From IMG/VR virus record IMGVR_UViG_3300036772_000294, positions 1 through 64,000 of that record: a stretch of 64,000 nucleotides of DNA, one strand, 5' to 3'. Position numbers and translations under genes: made by a program. The notes beneath the pieces are model-generated. The model was not told where the DNA came from, did not search any database, and saw only the letters and a list, made by a program, of their open reading frames with translations. This DNA is from a virus. Below, one piece after another: positions 57,940 through 64,000 of this stretch; the stretch's first letter is position 1; each line of letters begins with the position of its first letter.

Positions 57940-59610
57940 ATGAGTAAGACCAAAAGGCGCACAGGCTCGTTGATGGGGGCGTTACAGCAGCTCTTTACGG
58001 GTTCTCATGCCGTCGACGCGCACGACTATGGTGCAGGTTATGAACAAGGCGGCGGCGGTGCATCCTTTCAGACTCAGGCACCTTCACAATTAACCGATGA
58101 CGGCATGGCAATGTTGTCGGCGGCCAGCACCGTTCAGGGAGAAGCAAAATTGCCGACGGCGCGCCGGCAAAAGCTCGCCGTCCTGGAAGAAATGGGAGAA
58201 TACGGCACGCTTGCCTCTGCTATTGATATTCACCTGGCGCATGCCCTGTCCGTAGACAAACAAACCGGTACGATTTTCCAGATCAAACCTCGCGCCCAGG
58301 GTGACGGGCAGATTTCCGCGGCTGACCGCGAGCTTGCCAGCATGCTGATGGGGGAACTCGGCGAGCCTATCAATGAATATCTGCCCAGCTGGATGCGGCC
58401 AACCGCAGTATTCGGCGTGAGCTATGTACGACCTTACGCAGAACATGGCCTGGGCATTAAGAGCTATGAGAGCTCTTATTACACCCTCCCCCACCATGTT
58501 CGCGAGTACGTGCGCGGCGGCGACCTGGCGGGCTTCACGAATGAATATTTCTATAAGCCAGACCATAACGGGATTCTATTAGCGGCCCCCTGGGAGCTCA
58601 TCCCTATCAAAATCCCTTACTGGTCGCCTTCGGCAAGTCAGGTCCCAATTGGGCGCGGTACACAGCGCTATTCTCTCCTTCAGGAACCGGCAGAACGCAC
58701 GCCAATCGAAACACAGAACTATGGCACCAGCCTTATAGAAAACTGTTACGAGCCCTGGTCCAATCTGAGACAGTCGATTAACGCACTGAAGGCCAGCCGC
58801 GCAAACGCCAGCCGTATCGACCGCATACTTGGCGTCCAGACCTCCCAACTCGACCCGGACCGCGCCGCGTCCTACACGCGCAACATCAACAACATTCTGA
58901 AAGATGATGCGGAGTACATGAGCCGACGCGCGCGGCAACAAGGCGTGACTCCCACGGTTGTGAACAGCGTGATCCCGATTATGGGTGACGGCAAAGGCGC
59001 GATGACAATCGATACCCAGATGATCGGGGCTGATATCGCGCACATTGAAGATATTATGTTCCACATGAAGCAGCTGTGTAGCTCCGCGGGTATTGATGCC
59101 TCCATGCTCGGGTTTTCTGACATGCTGGCCGGGGGCCTCGGCGAAGGTGGATTTTTCAGAACCGCGATTCAGGCCGCAATGCGTGCGCAGTGGTTGCGCT
59201 TTGCCGCTCAGACAGCAATTTATCGCAGTATTGATCTGCACCTGGCTTATAAAACAGGCAAGGTGTATCCCGCGCAATCACGTCCCTATTACCTGGAATT
59301 CAACTCCCTTAATACCGCGATTCAGGAAGAAGAAAACTCCGCCCGTGAAAGCCAGGCTAACTTTGCATCAATGGTCGTCACCGTCCTGGATCAGATGCAG
59401 AACGGGCAGCTGGCCCATTCGAAAACGCTAAAAGAAATCGTGCTGGGTAAGCAATTCAAATTCTCTGACAGTGAGGTACAAAACGTCATTAAAGAGCTCG
59501 CTGAAGCTCTACAGAAATCCGATACCGAAAACGATATGTACGAGTCGTTACGCAGGCTACCAGCCTCTGATGTGGAAGAAATGCTGCTCGAAGCATTCCG
59601 ACAAAAATAA
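57940..59610 (+). CDS. prt: Portal protein Prt
   Basis: 556 aa from the ATG at 57940; ETQNYGTSL and GGLGEGGF motifs; synteny. Confidence 0.85.
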   Translation: MSKTKRRTGSLMGALQQLFTGSHAVDAHDYGAGYEQGGGGASFQTQAPSQLTDDGMAMLSAASTVQGEAKLPTARRQKLAVLEEMGEYGTLASAIDIHLAHALSVDKQTGTIFQIKPRAQGDGQISAADRELASMLMGELGEPINEYLPSWMRPTAVFGVSYVRPYAEHGLGIKSYESSYYTLPHHVREYVRGGDLAGFTNEYFYKPDHNGILLAAPWELIPIKIPYWSPSASQVPIGRGTQRYSLLQEPAERTPIETQNYGTSLIENCYEPWSNLRQSINALKASRANASRIDRILGVQTSQLDPDRAASYTRNINNILKDDAEYMSRRARQQGVTPTVVNSVIPIMGDGKGAMTIDTQMIGADIAHIEDIMFHMKQLCSSAGIDASMLGFSDMLAGGLGEGGFFRTAIQAAMRAQWLRFAAQTAIYRSIDLHLAYKTGKVYPAQSRPYYLEFNSLNTAIQEEENSARESQANFASMVVTVLDQMQNGQLAHSKTLKEIVLGKQFKFSDSEVQNVIKELAEALQKSDTENDMYESLRRLPASDVEEMLLEAFRQK

Positions 59611-59662
59611 CCCGCCCTCCCCTGTTTCGATCAGCTGCGCGAGCCGATGGAGATAACAGAGC

Positions 59663-60691
59663 ATGAAATACGATTCGCTGGAGACTGTTACTGACCGTTT
59701 CAGCATTTTCCGTAACGCACGGACGACCAGAGAAAATGGACGCAATTACATTATTGTCTCAATTAAGAACACCCTGGCTTCGGAGGCTGTGCAGGAAGGG
59801 ATACGCCTGGGCGAACTGTTTGGATTCTGGGGCCACCAGCGCCGGGAGTTAAACGGCAAGCTGGATGTGCCCGAAGAATCAATCATCATGGTCGACGGCA
59901 AACCCGTTCTGACGCAAAACGTACCGTCCAACCGCACCGTCAATATTGAAATCGACGACGATGGCGTGATCTCTCATTCGGAGGAAATCCTCAAGACTGA
60001 CCCCGGTAATATTGTCAGCAGCATGATCGCGTCCAGAGCTGGTGGCTGGAGCTGGGCAACCGGCGGCCCGGACACGACCCGCGCCTCAGTGGTTCGACGC
60101 TTCAAAGGGTGTGATTACGTTCTGCAGCCCAACTACATCAGTCTGGACCACCCGGCGATGATGCTGGAGTCCGTGCATGATCGCCACCAGCTAATGCTCG
60201 AGTCGTTAAGGAGCAAAGGTTATTCTGAGCAGGGAGCTCAAACCATCATCGAGCACTTTGAAGCGATGGGCGACACCCATGAACAGCTGGCCATTGTTCA
60301 GGATGATGTTTTGCTGCTTGAGGGGCTGCTTTCTCATGAACGGAGCCAGTCAGTCGAGATCCGCCTGGCTAACGAAGAGCTTACCCGCCTAAACGGCGAA
60401 CTCGATGCGCTCCAGCGCAATCGGGAAATGCTCATGACAGAGGTGCTTCAGCGCATGCCGGTGCATGCTACTGAAGAGCAGCGCGAGGCGTTCCTTAATC
60501 CGAAGACGAAGGCAGATGCCGAGCTGGTGACAATGATGTTTGAATCCATCATGAAGACGGATTTCACGCAGTTGCCGGGTAAACATGCCGGACAATCCCG
60601 CGTCTACGTACCGTCACATTTTGAACAGTCAAAAGTGAAACCATCTCGCGTCGTTACTTTTGGCAATTCTGAAGTGCCGAAGTTTGATTAA
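59663..60691 (+). CDS. pro: Prohead processing protease Pro
   Basis: FWGH, GGWSW, DYVLQPNY; MLES repeats. Confidence 0.85.
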   Translation: MKYDSLETVTDRFSIFRNARTTRENGRNYIIVSIKNTLASEAVQEGIRLGELFGFWGHQRRELNGKLDVPEESIIMVDGKPVLTQNVPSNRTVNIEIDDDGVISHSEEILKTDPGNIVSSMIASRAGGWSWATGGPDTTRASVVRRFKGCDYVLQPNYISLDHPAMMLESVHDRHQLMLESLRSKGYSEQGAQTIIEHFEAMGDTHEQLAIVQDDVLLLEGLLSHERSQSVEIRLANEELTRLNGELDALQRNREMLMTEVLQRMPVHATEEQREAFLNPKTKADAELVTMMFESIMKTDFTQLPGKHAGQSRVYVPSHFEQSKVKPSRVVTFGNSEVPKFD

Positions 60692-60833
60692 TGCTGTTGA
60701 GGGCGAGGTAGTCGCTTCGCCCTTACTCTCCCCATTCGTAACCCCTCTCACACTACGAATATTCACCCATAGCCCACAGCGTGAAATGCCGATAAGATGT
60801 TAAGTAACAAGGCAATTATTCCAGGAGCAAGAA

Positions 60834-61628
60834 ATGGATATTCGAGAATTTCTTCAGGTTTTTAACAACAAAATGACCCCTTCCGTCTACAGATTGGATT
60901 ATGCAGACGCCCTTAACCATGACATGTATACAACCTATATCGAACCTTATCCGGGTGCATTCCATCTTTTTCAGAGCTATGAAAATGGAGTTGTAAAAAC
61001 AAAGAAATGGAGTGATTACGACAATGACTATTCGACCCATAGCATATTGAAAGCTGACGATCTTAAAGCTGAAAATTTCTCCGGGGCGTATATGTATAAA
61101 GCGCACACTCTTTCTTTCTCTTCACTCAAAGACCTCTCACCCTGGAAAATTAAGCGGTTCAGGCTAACCGCATCTTTGGATAATTTGGTTGATGGCCGCA
61201 TTAAGTATGCCAAGCGCAGATTACGACAAACAACTCAGGATGGAATGATTATCCTGAATGCTGTGACACAGCGTTATTTAGCTCACGGTGGTGAAGGTGG
61301 GGTACACATAGCAGCGATTCTTTATGATGTCCGCCCCGTGCTGGATTTTCGCAATGGCAACTGGCCTGCGGTTCAACGGGAAGTTAACCTCATTCTAAAC
61401 GGCTTCGTTAGCAGCGGCGAGCTTCGTAAAGGAGATAAATCTACGTATATACCGGAAGGGAAGGCGATTCTGACACAAAATCTCTACCTCAAAGAATTAG
61501 ATAAATATAAGGAGTCTACTCGGCTCCAGAGGAAGATGTTTTGGGTTACCTTTTTTGCCGCCATATCAGCACTAGGAAGCGCATTAGCAGCATTAGCGCC
61601 ATACCTCACAAAATTAATGCATCAGTGA
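60834..61628 (+). CDS. Hypothetical protein with C-terminal TM helix (moron)
   Basis: AGGAG RBS, AT-rich, MFWVTFFAAISALGSALAAL. Confidence 0.7.
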   Translation: MDIREFLQVFNNKMTPSVYRLDYADALNHDMYTTYIEPYPGAFHLFQSYENGVVKTKKWSDYDNDYSTHSILKADDLKAENFSGAYMYKAHTLSFSSLKDLSPWKIKRFRLTASLDNLVDGRIKYAKRRLRQTTQDGMIILNAVTQRYLAHGGEGGVHIAAILYDVRPVLDFRNGNWPAVQREVNLILNGFVSSGELRKGDKSTYIPEGKAILTQNLYLKELDKYKESTRLQRKMFWVTFFAAISALGSALAALAPYLTKLMHQ

Positions 61629-61868
61629 GCCCTCACTGCGTGTGTCACGTCCAACGCGCATTAATCAGGGGAAGCAGCTTCCCCGCTAGCAACACAAAAC
61701 TCGCCACCCGGTGCATAAATTACACGGTTCGTAGAGTTAGAAGGTGCCAAAGGTTATTTTATCGGCTAGAATACAAACATATAAACATATTGTCATAAGT
61801 AATACTTTTGCACTTGCACAAGTGACACCTATGCCTCTATGCTAACGTTATGTTTGTAATACTTTCTC

Positions 61869-62516
61869 ATGGAGAGTCAGATGATAACTATCATAGGTTG
61901 CAACAAAGGCGGCGCAGCCAAAACGACGACCGCTGTTAACGTTGCTGTAGGCCTGGCTTTGCGCGGGCATGACGTTTGCCTTGTCGATGCCGATCCCCAA
62001 CGCTCTTCTTCACAATGGTATGCAGACCGCGAAGAGGCCGGAATTAAACCAGCAATCACTCTCATCGAAAAACGCGATAATATTACCCAGACCTTGCGGA
62101 ATTTAGATGAGAAATATGATCATGTTATCGTTGACGTGTCTGGCCGGAACAGCCGGGAATTATTAACGGGTGGTACAGTGGCGCATCAAATTATCGCCCC
62201 TCACCAGAGCTCCCAGCTCGATTTAAACACCCTCGTTGAGCTTCAAAATCAGATGCAAGGCTGGCATGACTTTAACCCTGACCTGAAGGTATTCGTTTAT
62301 CAGTCAATGGCAACAACCAACCCAATACTTCAGGGCACCGAGCGCAAGGAGTTTCTGGACTTTGTGGCCGAGTTTGAAGGCATGCAACCACTGGAATCAG
62401 TAGCCTGTTACCGCAAGGTGTACCGTGATGTCATGTCCGAGGGGAAATCTGTACTCGAAACAACTAACCAGAAAGCGATTAGCGAAGTTACCAGCTTGCT
62501 GGATGAGGTATTCTGA
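61869..62516 (+). CDS. parA: ParA/ParF Walker-type partition ATPase (type Ib)
   Basis: KGGAAKTT, VDADPQ, VIVD; no N-terminal HTH. Confidence 0.9.
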   Translation: MESQMITIIGCNKGGAAKTTTAVNVAVGLALRGHDVCLVDADPQRSSSQWYADREEAGIKPAITLIEKRDNITQTLRNLDEKYDHVIVDVSGRNSRELLTGGTVAHQIIAPHQSSQLDLNTLVELQNQMQGWHDFNPDLKVFVYQSMATTNPILQGTERKEFLDFVAEFEGMQPLESVACYRKVYRDVMSEGKSVLETTNQKAISEVTSLLDEVF

Positions 62517-62833
62517 TGGCACTAAAAAAACCAAGTCAACGACCGCCGATTACGCCTGAGCAGGCCGATGCCTTTGCCAATCAATTTGCTGATAGACCTT
62601 ACGCCGGTATAGCGGCAGAAACACCCGCTCCCACTCCACCAGCACAGCCAACAAAAGTAGCTAAGGTTGCAGCTGAAGAGAAATTGGTCAGGACGACAAT
62701 GACAATTCCTCCGGCACTGCTGGAAAGAACTGAAGATCTGGCGATCAGAAATAAGCGTTCGGGTATTGAGCCTAAAAACGTCAGCGCCATCGTACGTGCA
62801 GCCCTGGAAGAGTATCTGGCGAAGCACGAATAA
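62516..62833 (+). CDS. Ribbon-helix-helix partition adaptor
   Basis: Flexible N-terminus; RTTMTIP...NVSAIVRAALEEYL. Confidence 0.75.
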   Translation: MALKKPSQRPPITPEQADAFANQFADRPYAGIAAETPAPTPPAQPTKVAKVAAEEKLVRTTMTIPPALLERTEDLAIRNKRSGIEPKNVSAIVRAALEEYLAKHE

Positions 62834-62923
62834 TAACTCTCTAAGAGAGTGCTACTCAAAAAGACCGGCCACTCCGGTCTTTTTTATTTCAAGAGGTCGG
62901 CAGGTTTACTCAACACCGGATAA

Positions 62924-63196
62924 TCACGCCCTGCGAATAAATTTGAACACAAGAGAGTAGCCATTTTTGGTTCTGGGGATTAGGTCTGTTGCTTCGCCGA
63001 CTTTGAGCTCCTCCCCTCCTGCTTTTGCTATTTGAGTTGCCCGGAAGGTTGGCGTACATGCCCCTTGACCAAACACTTTGTTAACCTCCCCCGCACTGCT
63101 GAAAGTTGCAAATGGGCCTCCGCTGCTTGCCACTTCAACCGTATACCGTCGCTTCTTCATTTCTGCTGCCAAAATTGGCTCATAAAGATTGGTCAT
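62924..63196 (-). CDS. Hypothetical protein
   Basis: AGGGG RBS, 90 aa. Confidence 0.5.
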   Translation of the reverse strand: MTNLYEPILAAEMKKRRYTVEVASSGGPFATFSSAGEVNKVFGQGACTPTFRATQIAKAGGEELKVGEATDLIPRTKNGYSLVFKFIRRA

Positions 63197-63392
63197 TTTT
63201 TCCCCTGAGTTGAGTTTGTATCATCATTCAAAGATGCCTCTCTATGATAGAAAAGATAGTGCTGATATCAAGAAAGGTATTACTTTCATACGGGCATAAA
63301 TACATACTTTCATACATAACGAATGAGGTTGCATACTCAGAAATGACAAAGCCACCCTTACGGTGGCTTTGTTACATCATGTTATGGCAGAA

Positions 63393-63743
63393 CTAAGCGG
63401 CTTCGCTGCTACTTTCAGCCTGCTTGTCTTTCTTTGCCATCATTTCATCTAGTGTGATTATTCTACTGATTTCTTCCTGGGTCCGCGTGTCGTTTTGAAC
63501 TTCCCATATATCAACATTCGCTTGTAGATTTAGCCAAAACTCAACACTCGTATCAAACGCTCTTGCGAGCCTAAAGGCCATATCGGTAGTGAGCTTGCAG
63601 TTGTTGTTTACAAGTTTACTTACGGTATTCCTGTGAACTTGCAGCATCTCTGCAAGCTCATTGATTTTAATGCCGGTCGGCTCAAGGTATTCGTATAACA
63701 CTACATCACCAACAGACGTGGGTTTACGTTGTGCCTGGACCAT
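63393..63743 (-). CDS. higA: HigA antitoxin
   Basis: EYLEP...LAEMLQVHRNTVS...MAFRLARAFDTSVEFWLNLQ. Confidence 0.9.
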   Translation of the reverse strand: MVQAQRKPTSVGDVVLYEYLEPTGIKINELAEMLQVHRNTVSKLVNNNCKLTTDMAFRLARAFDTSVEFWLNLQANVDIWEVQNDTRTQEEISRIITLDEMMAKKDKQAESSSEAA

Positions 63744-63937
63744 GTACTTCCTCTCTATAGTATCTTTGTTCAAAACACCCTTGAAAGGGGGTTCTGAAGA
63801 CAGGCTATCAGCCTCTAGCAAAAGCCATGCGGCTTTGCGGTTATGCAACCTAATGATGCAGTCGTAGGGACTAGTCATCTGCCTGACAATGCTGCCAGGT
63901 CTTTAAGGTCTGGCCCCGCTAAGGGCCAGACTTTATC

Positions 63938-64000
63938 TTATCTGTGCTTCTTATACCCGTGGTCATCAAGGTACAAGTCACTCGCTTTTCCGTCCTTCCA
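63938..64000 (-). CDS. higB: HigB toxin, 3' end
   Basis: WKDGKASDLYLDDHGYKKHR* upstream of higA. Confidence 0.7.
   Translation of the reverse strand, partial: WKDGKASDLYLDDHGYKKHR

Noticed and set aside
64-63867. Numerous short antisense or nested ORFs in the track
   Set aside because: Shadow frames of well-supported genes, without motifs or RBS.

Overview
This window is about 64 kb of a P1/D6-like temperate phage-plasmid with a myovirus morphogenesis module. Gene calls rest on motifs, synteny and remembered similarity to P1 proteins; no database search was run. Recognisable modules: tail fibre/baseplate/tape measure/tube/sheath/capsid (S, R, 16, bplA, pmgA, sit, pmgB, tub, pmgC, bplB, pmgG, 21, 22, 23); a non-P1 lysis cassette (M15 endolysin, Rz/Rz1); upfB, PAAR, hrdC; genes 5, 6, 24, 7, 25, 26, mat, ref; a cargo island (Tn3 remnant, autotransporter, LuxR regulator, invasin pseudogene); a Cre-like recombinase with a perfect 13-8-13 lox-type site; coi/c1; pacAB with a GATC-rich pac site; ParMR; lpa, pdcB, lxr, lxc, ulx, darB, prt, pro; ParA with an RHH partner; higBA. 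The most striking unannotated signal is a ~72-nt structured sRNA candidate between ref and mat (27987-28058, minus strand). It sits behind a repeated operator-like motif, and its unpaired CGCGC seed is complementary to GCGCG motifs in four late-gene leaders (R, pro, 23, darB). In R and pro the motif is the loop of a hairpin that buries the Shine-Dalgarno (SD) sequence. This suggests an RNA-based translational switch for virion genes. Other highlights: a TisB-like type I toxin-antitoxin pair missed by the ORF track, a candidate +1 frameshift upstream of the tape measure gene, a 1-nt lesion fusing Rz to the Rz1 C-terminus, a TTATCCTAAA operator-like motif, tandem NrdR-like boxes, and two different partition systems.
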